The translations under genes were made by a program, and so were the position numbers. A stretch of DNA of 64,000 nt, from contig DASZSF010000005.1 in NCBI GenBank assembly GCA_035548815.1, positions 115,741 through 179,740 of the forward strand, read 5' to 3'. Position 1 is the stretch's first letter; each line of letters opens with the position of its first letter. The DNA comes from Minisyncoccota bacterium. Lineage in GTDB: Bacteria > Patescibacteriota > Minisyncoccia > Phycocordibacterales > SBAW01. Below are positions 37,132-46,516 of the stretch, piece by piece. The notes under the pieces were generated by a model. The model did not search any database, was not told the DNA's origin, and saw only the letters and a program-made list of their open reading frames with translations.

Positions 37132-37967
37132 AAAATATTTTAATCACCAAAGCATCTGGCGAACGTGAGGCATTTTCGGAGTCGAAATTGCGCCGCTCTC
37201 TACAGCGCGTGCACGCACCTTCAAATCTTGTAGACGAAATCGTCGCCCAGATCGAGACTGAATTGAGCGAAGGTATGAATACGTCGGAGATATATCGGAA
37301 AGCGTTTTCTCTGCTCAGGAAAAAAGCGAGACCTGTCGCGGCACGCTACAGTCTTAGAAGCGCACTAATGGAATTGGGACCGACCGGCAGGCCATTCGAG
37401 CGCTTTGTGGGTGAGCTTTTGAAGTCGGAGGGATTTGCCGTAGAAGTAGCGAAGATTGTGCCAGGAGTCTGCATCAAGCATGAAGTTGATGTCGTCGGCA
37501 CCAAAGGAGATCGACATATTATGGTGGAATGCAAATTTCATAATCAACCCGGATTGCGATCGGACGTAAAAATATCGCTCTATGTACAGGCTCGATTTGA
37601 GGATATCGAGCGCCAATGGAAGAAACAACTGCATCACGGAGAGAAATTCCACGAAGTATGGCTTGTCACTAATACGAAACTTACTTCTGATGCCACTGAT
37701 TATGCGAAATGCGTCGGGATGCATGCTATTGGCTGGAATTATCCTGCCACTGGCAGCTTGGAAGAGCTAATTGAGCAGCATAATCTCCATCCTTTGACAT
37801 GTCTAACGCGTCTGAATCGTTTACAGAAACAAGAACTTTTAAAACAAGGGCTCATTCTTTGCACTGATCTCCTAGAGGAACGAGACACTTTGCAGAAAAT
37901 TGTTGGAACTTCCGTGCGTGTAGATGAAATAGTGCAAGAGGTAAAGAAGCTACTAAAAATCGTATGA
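37128..37967 (+). CDS. ATP-cone domain fused to Mrr-like (restriction endonuclease-fold) nuclease domain
   Basis: N-terminal KASGEREAFSESKLRRSLQRV (ATP-cone); central ERFVGELLKSEGFAVEVAKIVPG...HEVDVVGTKGDRHIMVECKFH (Mrr_cat D-x-E-x-K). Confidence 0.65.
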   Translation: MKNILITKASGEREAFSESKLRRSLQRVHAPSNLVDEIVAQIETELSEGMNTSEIYRKAFSLLRKKARPVAARYSLRSALMELGPTGRPFERFVGELLKSEGFAVEVAKIVPGVCIKHEVDVVGTKGDRHIMVECKFHNQPGLRSDVKISLYVQARFEDIERQWKKQLHHGEKFHEVWLVTNTKLTSDATDYAKCVGMHAIGWNYPATGSLEELIEQHNLHPLTCLTRLNRLQKQELLKQGLILCTDLLEERDTLQKIVGTSVRVDEIVQEVKKLLKIV

Positions 37968-38215
37968 AAGAATTAGAACGCCGATCCTTCAATAATTTCA
38001 TGCAGGCGGGGCTCGTTGGATTTACGATGCTCGGCTTCTTACTTACGTCGCTTAAGATGCCCCAATATGGCGTCGTTGCGAATTTAATCTCAGAAGTCTT
38101 CTGGCTATACAGCACGTACAAGGCGTGGAAAGAAGCAAATCAGGTTGGCATGTTTATAAACACCCTGATTGTGACGGCAATCCTCATTTTTGGAGTTATC
38201 AACTATTGGCTCTAG
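37964..38215 (+). CDS. small 2-TM membrane protein
   Basis: 83 aa, overlaps neighbours by 4 nt. Confidence 0.4.
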   Translation: MKELERRSFNNFMQAGLVGFTMLGFLLTSLKMPQYGVVANLISEVFWLYSTYKAWKEANQVGMFINTLIVTAILIFGVINYWL

Positions 38216-38226
38216 CAATATAAATT

Positions 38227-40428
38227 ATGAATCACGACGACCACAAAAATCACAAACACAGAGCCCATGGCATGGAGCAATACACCTGCCCGATGCATCC
38301 TGAAGTAATAAAACATGAGCCGGGCAAATGTCCGGGATGCGGCAAGGATTTGATTCCCAAGGAAAAGGGGGTAGGCGGTGAACATGCCGGGCACGATATG
38401 TCGAAAATGAGCCACATGGATCACGAGGCAGCGATGACGAACCCACAGATGGCGAAGGCAATGGAGGCCGATATGCGCCGCCGGTTCTGGATTTCATTCG
38501 TACTCTCGATACCCATTTTCTTGTATTCGCCCGTCGGCGTGAACCTGTTGAAGCTCCATCTGCCCGCGCCGATACCGGTCAGCTGGATACTCTTCATCCT
38601 CACGACACCGATAGTTTTCTGGACCGGCTCCATATTCATCACGGGCACGTACTACTCGCTCAAAGCCAAGAAGCTCAACATGGCGGTCTTGATCGCGACA
38701 GGCGTCCTTGCCGCGTACCTCTTTAGCGTGCTTCTCACGCTGATACAGCCTGCGAGCGAGACGTTCTACGAAGCCGCCGCGCTTCTTGTCACCTTCGTTC
38801 TTTTTGGGCATTGGATGGAGATGAAATCCCGCAAAGGCACATCGGACTCGCTCCGAGCCCTCTTTGATCTGGTACCGCCTCAGGCCCGAGTCATCCGCGA
38901 CGGAAAAGAGATGAGCATACCGAGCGCGGAAATAATCAAGGGGGACGTCGTCGTGTTGCGTCCTGGCGACAAAGTGCCGGTTGACGGAGAAATCATTGAG
39001 GGTGATTCATCGATCGATGAATCACTTGTGACCGGCGAATCCATCCCTGTCTCGAAGGCGAAAGGAGACAAAATAGTGGGAGGTTCGGTCAACCTCACCG
39101 GCGCGGTGCAATTCAAGGCGACAAAAGTCGGCGCGGATACTGTCTTGGCACAGATCATCAAGATGGTAGAGACTGCACAGAACTCCAAAGCGCCCGGGCA
39201 GCGTATCGCCGACAAGGCTGCCGCCATTCTGGTGGTGGTCGCCATTGGCTCCGGACTTGCCGCATTCTTTGGCTGGTATTTCTTCGGAGGTGCGGGACTT
39301 CTCGCCGCCCTTACCTTTGCCGTATCGACTGTTGTCATTGCATGCCCTGATGCATTAGGGCTCGCGACGCCAACAGCCGTTGCGGTGGGCACCGGCTTGG
39401 GTGCCAAGCACAACATTCTCATCAAAGATGCCGCAACGCTTGAAAATACTTCCAAACTCAATGCTATCGTGCTTGATAAGACAGGTACGCTCACCGAAGG
39501 GAAACCGAAAGTAACCGAGGTTGTTTCCACAAATTCTTATACCAAAGAGGACGTGCTTGCATACGCGTCTGCCGTTGAGCGGAACTCGAATCATCCCATT
39601 AGTCTCGCGATTATCAACGAAGCATCGAAGCGTAGCGTGTCCATCGAGAAGAAAGTCGAGAAATTTGAATCAATCGGCGGTCATGGCGTGCGTGCTGTTG
39701 CCGATGGCAAGACGGTCATTGCGGGCACTGAGCGCTTGATGAAGCAAAGCACTATTGATCTCTCACCACTCAAAAAGGAAATCGACCGTCTGCTTGGCAC
39801 AGGCAACACCATCAGCATCGTCGCGATTGACGGCAAGGTGGCGGGTGCCATCGGCGTCGCAGACACGGTACGTGAATCCGCACAGAAAACAGTATCCAAA
39901 CTAAAAGATATGGGTTTGGAAGTCGTCATGATCACTGGCGATCACGAACAGGTCGCTAAGGCAGTTGCAGGACAGCTTGGGATTGAACGCTACTTCGCAC
40001 AAGTGCTTCCTGAGGAGAAAGCGAAGTACGTGAAGAAGTTGCAAGACGAAGGTAAAAACGTAGCAATGGTCGGTGACGGCATCAACGATGCACCTGCCTT
40101 GGCGCAATCCGATATCGGCATCGCGATTGGTGCAGGCACCGACGTCGCCATCGAGACCGGCAACATCGTCCTGATGAAGTCCGATCCTTACGACATCGTG
40201 GCCGCCATCCGATTGTCTAAAGCAACTGTCACGAAGATGAAACAGAATCTATTTTGGGCTGCTATCTACAATGTTCTCGCAATTCCCGTGGCCGCAGGAG
40301 TTTTCTACTCAAGCTTGGGTTGGTCATTGCGACCTGAAATTTCCGCACTCCTCATGTCCGCTTCCTCAATCATCGTTGCTACAAACGCGGTTCTGCTCAA
40401 ACGGGTGGAGCCGCGCTTGAAGGAATGA
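38227..40428 (+). CDS. copA: heavy-metal (probably copper) P1B-type ATPase; TM6 motif CPD instead of CPC; N-terminal TRASH/YHS-like CPMHP...CPGCG
   Basis: TGES, IACPDALGLATP, DKTGTLT, GDGINDAPAL, 8 TM. Confidence 0.9.
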   Translation: MNHDDHKNHKHRAHGMEQYTCPMHPEVIKHEPGKCPGCGKDLIPKEKGVGGEHAGHDMSKMSHMDHEAAMTNPQMAKAMEADMRRRFWISFVLSIPIFLYSPVGVNLLKLHLPAPIPVSWILFILTTPIVFWTGSIFITGTYYSLKAKKLNMAVLIATGVLAAYLFSVLLTLIQPASETFYEAAALLVTFVLFGHWMEMKSRKGTSDSLRALFDLVPPQARVIRDGKEMSIPSAEIIKGDVVVLRPGDKVPVDGEIIEGDSSIDESLVTGESIPVSKAKGDKIVGGSVNLTGAVQFKATKVGADTVLAQIIKMVETAQNSKAPGQRIADKAAAILVVVAIGSGLAAFFGWYFFGGAGLLAALTFAVSTVVIACPDALGLATPTAVAVGTGLGAKHNILIKDAATLENTSKLNAIVLDKTGTLTEGKPKVTEVVSTNSYTKEDVLAYASAVERNSNHPISLAIINEASKRSVSIEKKVEKFESIGGHGVRAVADGKTVIAGTERLMKQSTIDLSPLKKEIDRLLGTGNTISIVAIDGKVAGAIGVADTVRESAQKTVSKLKDMGLEVVMITGDHEQVAKAVAGQLGIERYFAQVLPEEKAKYVKKLQDEGKNVAMVGDGINDAPALAQSDIGIAIGAGTDVAIETGNIVLMKSDPYDIVAAIRLSKATVTKMKQNLFWAAIYNVLAIPVAAGVFYSSLGWSLRPEISALLMSASSIIVATNAVLLKRVEPRLKE

Positions 40429-40488
40429 GTCGTACCCGGTCGAGGTACGATGAAGGTAGAGATTAAAAAAAAATAAACCAATCAACAT

Positions 40489-40707
40489 ATGAAATTCTCA
40501 AAATTAATGCATGTAGCCAGCGTTGTAGTGGGGTTTGCAGGCGTGTTCGTGTTCATCGTTACCGTTGTCGGGGGCGATGCTAACATCTTCGGTATTACAA
40601 AAATGGACGCACTCGCTTGTGCCGCCATTCTTATACTCATCGCAACTTGGACTCAGATCGCGACTATCCATCACATGATGCTTGAACGCAAAGGTGAACT
40701 TATCTAG
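40489..40707 (+). CDS. small membrane protein
   Basis: 72 aa, 2 TM. Confidence 0.35.
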   Translation: MKFSKLMHVASVVVGFAGVFVFIVTVVGGDANIFGITKMDALACAAILILIATWTQIATIHHMMLERKGELI

Positions 40708-40709
40708 CC

Positions 40710-41354
40710 ATGTGCTTCTCGGCCACAGCAAGCTTCGTAGCAGGTGGAACGTTGTCGGCAGCAGGGGCTCTTACTCTTACTCAAGCGAAAACTAAGAAAG
40801 AGCTCCCATTCGCCGCAATACCGCTCTTGTTTGGCGTGCAACAGACTATCGAAGGATTCGTGTGGCTCTCATTCGGCTCTGCATTCTGGAATGTCGCACT
40901 GACATACGCGTACTCGATGTTCTCGCACGTATTGTGGCCGATATTCGTTCCCATTTCAGTTTTGCTACTAGAGACAGACCCAACCCGAAAGAAGATCCTG
41001 CGATCCTTTTCGGTTATTGGTGCGGCGGTGGGACTATACCTTCTATACTTCATCATCGTTGATCCGGTGACGGCGCATGTCGTTAACCACAGCATCGCGT
41101 ATCACTCGCCGCACTTTTATGCTCTTCCGACAATGTTTCTTTATTTGATCGCGACATGTGGTAGCTGTCTTGCGTCGAGCCATAAAATCATCAAAGTGTT
41201 CGGGGTCGTGCTTCTTACTTCGTTCGCTATCGCCGCGTGGTTCTACACCGAAACATTCTTCTCGGTTTGGTGTTTCTTCGCAGCAATTCTTAGCGTTATC
41301 GTCTGCTGGTATTTCAGGAATAAAAATATGCAAAAATCTCACGTTTCGGTATAA
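40710..41354 (+). CDS. hypothetical 6-TM membrane protein
   Basis: 214 aa hydrophobic. Confidence 0.45.
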   Translation: MCFSATASFVAGGTLSAAGALTLTQAKTKKELPFAAIPLLFGVQQTIEGFVWLSFGSAFWNVALTYAYSMFSHVLWPIFVPISVLLLETDPTRKKILRSFSVIGAAVGLYLLYFIIVDPVTAHVVNHSIAYHSPHFYALPTMFLYLIATCGSCLASSHKIIKVFGVVLLTSFAIAAWFYTETFFSVWCFFAAILSVIVCWYFRNKNMQKSHVSV

Positions 41355-41361
41355 TCGATCT

Positions 41362-41772
41362 ATGCGAAGTTTTTACCCGTATCTAAAGATATTCATTGCG
41401 ACCGCGCTCCTCGCATTTCTTCTCTTTGGCTCTGCGGGAGCGATGCATTTTGGCATGAATATGGGAGCAGATGGCAAGATGGCTCCTTGCCCGTTCTCTG
41501 GCGAAGGGGCGATTTGCACCATGAATCCGCTTGAGCACATCGCCGCATGGCAGAATGCATTTACCACGACAGTCCAAAACGAGCGCGATATTGCTTTTCT
41601 CCTCATCGCCCTCACACTCCTTTTCACCGTCGGCTTTTGGCGAGAGCTTTTTACAAAACGAGACTTACGCTCGTTGCAGAAGTGGCATAGCGTCCTGCGC
41701 GAGGAGTTCAGTATCTTCGACCCGCTCCAAGAAGCGTTTTCAAACGGCATCCTAAATCCAAAAGTATTTTAG
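41362..41772 (+). CDS. hypothetical small membrane/exported protein with CPFSGEGAIC motif
   Basis: ATG 41362 in-frame within ORF 41158..41772. Confidence 0.4.
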   Translation: MRSFYPYLKIFIATALLAFLLFGSAGAMHFGMNMGADGKMAPCPFSGEGAICTMNPLEHIAAWQNAFTTTVQNERDIAFLLIALTLLFTVGFWRELFTKRDLRSLQKWHSVLREEFSIFDPLQEAFSNGILNPKVF

Positions 41773-41812
41773 GTAGGCACTCCTCGCCGCGTCATTCGTC
41801 GCGGATTATTCG

Positions 41813-42547
41813 GTGCTATCTAATCTACTCATGGAAACAACACAAGAATCTAAAAGTATCGTATCGACTCCTGTCGCTATTATCATCGCAGGAGTCATCA
41901 TCGCTGGCGCGGTCATCTTCGCGACAAAGCAACCCGCCGCTCAACCGGCCGCGGCTAACGCTCAACCGCAAGCCCCAGTCGCCGTCGATGTAAGTAAAGT
42001 TAAAACCGACAGCGAGCCGTTCATCGGCAACGCCAATGCGCCCGTAACCATGGCCTACTGGTACGATTACCAATGCCCATTCTGCCAGCGCAACGAAGAG
42101 GATACGATGCCGCAGATCGTTAAAAATTATGTCGATACCGGCAAGCTCAAGGTCGTGTTCAAGGATTACGAATTTCTTGGCCCCGACTCGCAAACGCTCG
42201 GACAGTTTTCCCGCGCCGTATGGGCCGTCGCTCCCGACAAATTCTATCAATGGCACAAAGCCATCTACGACAACCAGGGTACCGAGAATACCGGCTGGGC
42301 GACGCAGAACAAGATTCTCTCGATTACTACTAGTGTGCTTGGTGCCGGCGACACAGCAAAAGTGGCTGCGTTCGTGAAGAGCAATGGAGCCGAGTATCAG
42401 AAAGCAATGGATGCGGATAAAGCTGAAGGCACGGCCATGGGCATCAGCGGCACTCCCGGCGCAATCATCGGCAAGCAGTTAATCTCCGGAGCGCAGCCAT
42501 ACGCGGCATTCCAAGCGGCGATAGATGCGGCTCTGAAAAACCAGTAG
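41813..42547 (+). CDS. DsbA-family thiol:disulfide oxidoreductase (thioredoxin fold)
   Basis: N-terminal TM; CPFC active site in YDYQCPFCQRNEE. Confidence 0.75.
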   Translation: MLSNLLMETTQESKSIVSTPVAIIIAGVIIAGAVIFATKQPAAQPAAANAQPQAPVAVDVSKVKTDSEPFIGNANAPVTMAYWYDYQCPFCQRNEEDTMPQIVKNYVDTGKLKVVFKDYEFLGPDSQTLGQFSRAVWAVAPDKFYQWHKAIYDNQGTENTGWATQNKILSITTSVLGAGDTAKVAAFVKSNGAEYQKAMDADKAEGTAMGISGTPGAIIGKQLISGAQPYAAFQAAIDAALKNQ

Positions 42548-42551
42548 ACCT

Positions 42552-43214
42552 ATGCGTACTCAATATGTTCCTGTCCTCATCATCGCTCTCGCGGTGCTCG
42601 TAGGCGGATATCTTATCGCAAGATCGCATACGCCGGTCGCCAATGCGGAAGTTGCCGCAGAGTATGCAAAGATCCCGACAGCGAGCGGCAAAGCGCTCTT
42701 CATGGCGCAGAGCAAAAATCTGACAGAGAGTGTCGACCCAACCATTGTCGATCTCGATTCCCAGCTCATCACCTGCGCTCCGAATGTTGATAGCTTGCTC
42801 TCAACAAATCCTTCAATCGGCGGCAGTTGTGTTGCGGACGGCATGAATCTTGCTTCGACCACTGGTATGTATTTAGGCGGTCAGTGCTGCGGTCCCATGA
42901 AAGACCTTACGGAGTACAACGAAGAATTAAAAAATCTACAGCAGTACAAAGACATTCCCGACGTGCCGATGAATCCGTACAAGACATCGATTGGGATTGC
43001 GAAGAAATGGATCGACTACGACAACGCCACCATGCTCACACCGCAAGAACAAGTGGTCATGGATCAGGCGATGAAAACGTCGAAAGAAGGTCCGTGCTGC
43101 TGCAAGTGTTGGCACTACTTCGTCAATGAGGGCATCGCAAAAAAAATGATCAAAGATTACCACTACAGTGCGCAGCAAATCGCCGCGTATTGGGATACGT
43201 CGAGTATCTGTTAA
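42552..43214 (+). CDS. hypothetical secreted Cys-rich protein
   Basis: GGQCCGPMKD, EGPCCCKCWHY motifs; in copper cluster. Confidence 0.45.
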   Translation: MRTQYVPVLIIALAVLVGGYLIARSHTPVANAEVAAEYAKIPTASGKALFMAQSKNLTESVDPTIVDLDSQLITCAPNVDSLLSTNPSIGGSCVADGMNLASTTGMYLGGQCCGPMKDLTEYNEELKNLQQYKDIPDVPMNPYKTSIGIAKKWIDYDNATMLTPQEQVVMDQAMKTSKEGPCCCKCWHYFVNEGIAKKMIKDYHYSAQQIAAYWDTSSIC

Positions 43215-43226
43215 CTAAATAACATT

Positions 43227-43682
43227 ATGAAAACAATCATTATTACTACCGCAGCCGCGGTACTGCTTCTTGTTGGCGGCACGTTGTGGTCGAAGAGTAT
43301 CTCAAACAGCGACCCTAATGTCGTCGCCTCAGGCGGCATACATTGGCACCCGCAGCTCACGATCTATATCAAGGGCGTGAAGCAAGATATTCCAGCGAAC
43401 CTCGGCATCGGTCCGCAATTCGCGGGCACCAACGGTTACGATCCGCAAATGCAGATGGCGGCTGTACACACCCACGAGGATCTTCCGCTCATTCATCTCG
43501 AATTCATGAGCGGTCCCGTACGCAAAGAAGATGTCACGCTCGGCCAATTCTTCAAGATATGGGGCAAGGACATGCATTCACTTGGTACGAACATGCGCAT
43601 GATGGTCAACGGTAAAGCGAACACCGATTACGAGAATTACGTCATGCATGATGGAGATAAGATAGAATTGAATTATGACTAA
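43227..43682 (+). CDS. hypothetical membrane-anchored protein (His-containing, possible metal binding)
   Basis: IHWHP, HTHED; no family recognised. Confidence 0.4.
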   Translation: MKTIIITTAAAVLLLVGGTLWSKSISNSDPNVVASGGIHWHPQLTIYIKGVKQDIPANLGIGPQFAGTNGYDPQMQMAAVHTHEDLPLIHLEFMSGPVRKEDVTLGQFFKIWGKDMHSLGTNMRMMVNGKANTDYENYVMHDGDKIELNYD

Positions 43683-45255
43683 GAAATATCTCTACATTGC
43701 CATAATTGCTGTGGTAGTCATTGCCGGCATCGTTCTCTACCAAAAATCTCCGCTTGCCGTATCAGCGTATGTCAGTACCGATGTCGTCGGACTGTCGGAG
43801 GTAAAAGCGCCCGAGACTGTTGAGCTAAAGAATGGCGATACCTACACACTCACAGCAAGTTATGTCTCAAAAAACATCAACGGCATGAACTACCGAATGC
43901 TTGCGTACAATGGATCGATTCCTGGGCCTGTAATCAAAGTTCCGCAAGGAGCACGGGTAACCATCAACTTCAAGAACGATACCGACATGCCGACCCTGCT
44001 CCACTCGCACGGCGTGCGGATGGATAATCAATTTGACGGCTCGCAGACATCGCAAGACCCGATACCGCCGGGCGGCTCGTTCGCGTACACGCTCAAATTC
44101 CCAGACGCTGGTATGTACTGGTACCACCCGCATGTGCGCGAGGACCTTGAGCAGGAACTTGGTCTCTACGGCAACTTTCTGGTCGTGCCAACCGATGGCA
44201 ATTATTGGGACCCTGTAAATCAGGAGGTGCCGCTTACGCTCGATGACATTCTCATCCAGAACGGCAAGATTGATTTGAGCAAACAAGCAGCTGACCACAC
44301 GCTCATGGGCCGCTACGGCAATGTCATGCTCGTGAATGGGCAGACAGATTACTCACTTTCAGCAAAGAAAGGAGAAATCGTCCGCTTCTACATCACTAAC
44401 GTGGCAAACGCTCGGCCGTTCAACTTTGCGATTGAGAGCGCGAAACTCAAGCTGGTCGGTTCTGACGGCGGTGCGTATGAGCAAGACCAATGGAAGGACT
44501 CGGTAGTCATTGGGCCCTCGGAGCGCGCCATCGTCGAAGTCCTTTTTGACAAAAGCGGCACGTTCGCCATCGAAAACAAAACACCGGACCAAACCTATAC
44601 AATTGGCTCCGTAGCGGTGTCTAATGAGTCAGCGTCCGTCTCGTACGCAAAGGAGTTCTCCGTGCTCAAAACGCATACTGCAACAGTAACGAGCATCGAC
44701 CCTCTACGTTCCTACTTCGACAAAGCGCCTGACAAGAAAATTGCCATCTCAATCACCATGAACGGAGCACCCGCACAAATGCAGATGAGTATGGGAGGAG
44801 GCCACATGATGCCGGACGGCACCATGATGGGTGGCTCGATGATGAGCACGAGCCCCGATGGTATCGAATGGAACGACACAAACATGATGTCTGGTGGCAT
44901 GTCTACAACTGATAACGTGAAGTGGACAATCACCGATCAGGATACGGGGAAGGTGAACAGCGATATCAAGTGGACGTTCAAAAAGAATCAACCGGTGAAG
45001 ATTGAAATATACAATGACCCGCATTCAATGCACCCGATGCAGCATCCCATTCACTTCCACGGCCAGCAGTTCTTGGTACTCTCAGTCAACGGAGTAAAAC
45101 AAACAGACTTGGTGTGGAAAGACACCGTGCTCGTGCCGTCTGGTCAAACGGTCGACATTCTTCTATATCCGACAAATCCGGGCACATGGATGGCACACTG
45201 CCACATCGCCGAGCATTTGGAGGACGGGATGATGTTCACGTATACGGTGGAATAG
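43675..45255 (+). CDS. multicopper oxidase (CueO/laccase-like) with Met-rich insert
   Basis: Cu sites HSHG, HPHV, HPIHFHG, HCHIAEHLEDGMM; Met-rich MQMSMGGGHMMPDGTMMGGSMMS. Confidence 0.9.
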   Translation: MTKKYLYIAIIAVVVIAGIVLYQKSPLAVSAYVSTDVVGLSEVKAPETVELKNGDTYTLTASYVSKNINGMNYRMLAYNGSIPGPVIKVPQGARVTINFKNDTDMPTLLHSHGVRMDNQFDGSQTSQDPIPPGGSFAYTLKFPDAGMYWYHPHVREDLEQELGLYGNFLVVPTDGNYWDPVNQEVPLTLDDILIQNGKIDLSKQAADHTLMGRYGNVMLVNGQTDYSLSAKKGEIVRFYITNVANARPFNFAIESAKLKLVGSDGGAYEQDQWKDSVVIGPSERAIVEVLFDKSGTFAIENKTPDQTYTIGSVAVSNESASVSYAKEFSVLKTHTATVTSIDPLRSYFDKAPDKKIAISITMNGAPAQMQMSMGGGHMMPDGTMMGGSMMSTSPDGIEWNDTNMMSGGMSTTDNVKWTITDQDTGKVNSDIKWTFKKNQPVKIEIYNDPHSMHPMQHPIHFHGQQFLVLSVNGVKQTDLVWKDTVLVPSGQTVDILLYPTNPGTWMAHCHIAEHLEDGMMFTYTVE

Positions 45256-45580
45256 TCCTCCTATCCCACCTCAAGACCCTTAAGAGCCTCCTTGTTGGCA
45301 AACCCCCTTCGCAAATCCCTGGGGTCTGCTAGGGTGCAAAGCGATAGCATAAAGTGCTATCATGTTCGTGCACAACTAAATATAAGCCGACCTAACCCCT
45401 CAGGCCTCAAAACCTCAGGATATGGTCGCAAATCCCGCTAGAGATCAAAGGACTCCTGGTCAGAGTCACTCTAGCGGGTCGTATCGGGAAACCGGTACGG
45501 GCTCGGCCGAAAGGTCGGGTCGCGATGGCCAGGAGCCTTTTGATTAGGGCTCACTCCGTCGATAAAACCCGCTAGAATTC

Positions 45581-46516
45581 ATGGAAGAAATCGCCCCCAA
45601 GAAAAAGGGTAACGTTCTCAAATGGATAGGTATCGTGTTAGGCGTTTTGGTACTTCTCGCCATTATCAGCGCAGCTGGTTCCAGTTCCTCGTCTTCGGGC
45701 GGAAGTGCTACTGTGCCGTCCGATACGGGGATTTGTGGTACTAATCCGCAGGCGCTAAAAAAAGAAGCGTTTGTTCCAAATTATAAACAGCTCGCAAAGG
45801 ATCCGAGCGTATCTCAAGGCACCGTTGCCACGTTCACCGGTCAGATAGTGCAGATTGAGCAAAGCGGCAATGAAGGCATCATGCGTCTTTCCGTCACGAA
45901 AGAATCGTACGGTTGGAGTCTTAGCGATATCGTGTACGTAACGTATCATCAGGCGACGAATGCCGTCGACGGTGACGTTGTCTCCGTTACGGGGAAATTA
46001 ACCGGAAGCCAAACATATACGTCGCAGGCAAACTTTCAGATCACTATACCGAGCATTGATGTTTGCACCGTCGATACAAAACCGGTCGTATCAGCTCAAA
46101 CGACAACTCCCAAATCAAAGACGACCACACCGACTCCAAACACTTCTTCAAATCAGTCGAGCCAGCAAACTTACACTACTCCGAGTGGCGCGACAGTGAA
46201 CAATAGCGGTAATGTCGTCACGCCGCCGCCTGCGCCTCCGGCATCGTGGCACACGGTACAGACTTTCAGCGGCCAGACGCAAAAGAACACCGCTCCATTT
46301 ACCATTCAAGGGTCGCAGTGGCGAATTAGCTGGCAAGAAACGGGCGATGGTTACTTTGGTGCCAACGCGCAGAGTCCCGATGGAAGCAACTATTGCTCCA
46401 TCGCCAATCTGGTCGGTTCCGGCTCCGACTCTACGTACTGCTATGGCTCTGGGACGTATTACGTCTCGGTCAATACCGCAAATTCTTGGACGATCACCGT
46501 CGAAGACTACTACTAG
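45581..46516 (+). CDS. hypothetical membrane-anchored Thr/Pro-rich protein
   Basis: TM after Lys-rich N-terminus; low-complexity linker. Confidence 0.45.
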   Translation: MEEIAPKKKGNVLKWIGIVLGVLVLLAIISAAGSSSSSSGGSATVPSDTGICGTNPQALKKEAFVPNYKQLAKDPSVSQGTVATFTGQIVQIEQSGNEGIMRLSVTKESYGWSLSDIVYVTYHQATNAVDGDVVSVTGKLTGSQTYTSQANFQITIPSIDVCTVDTKPVVSAQTTTPKSKTTTPTPNTSSNQSSQQTYTTPSGATVNNSGNVVTPPPAPPASWHTVQTFSGQTQKNTAPFTIQGSQWRISWQETGDGYFGANAQSPDGSNYCSIANLVGSGSDSTYCYGSGTYYVSVNTANSWTITVEDYY

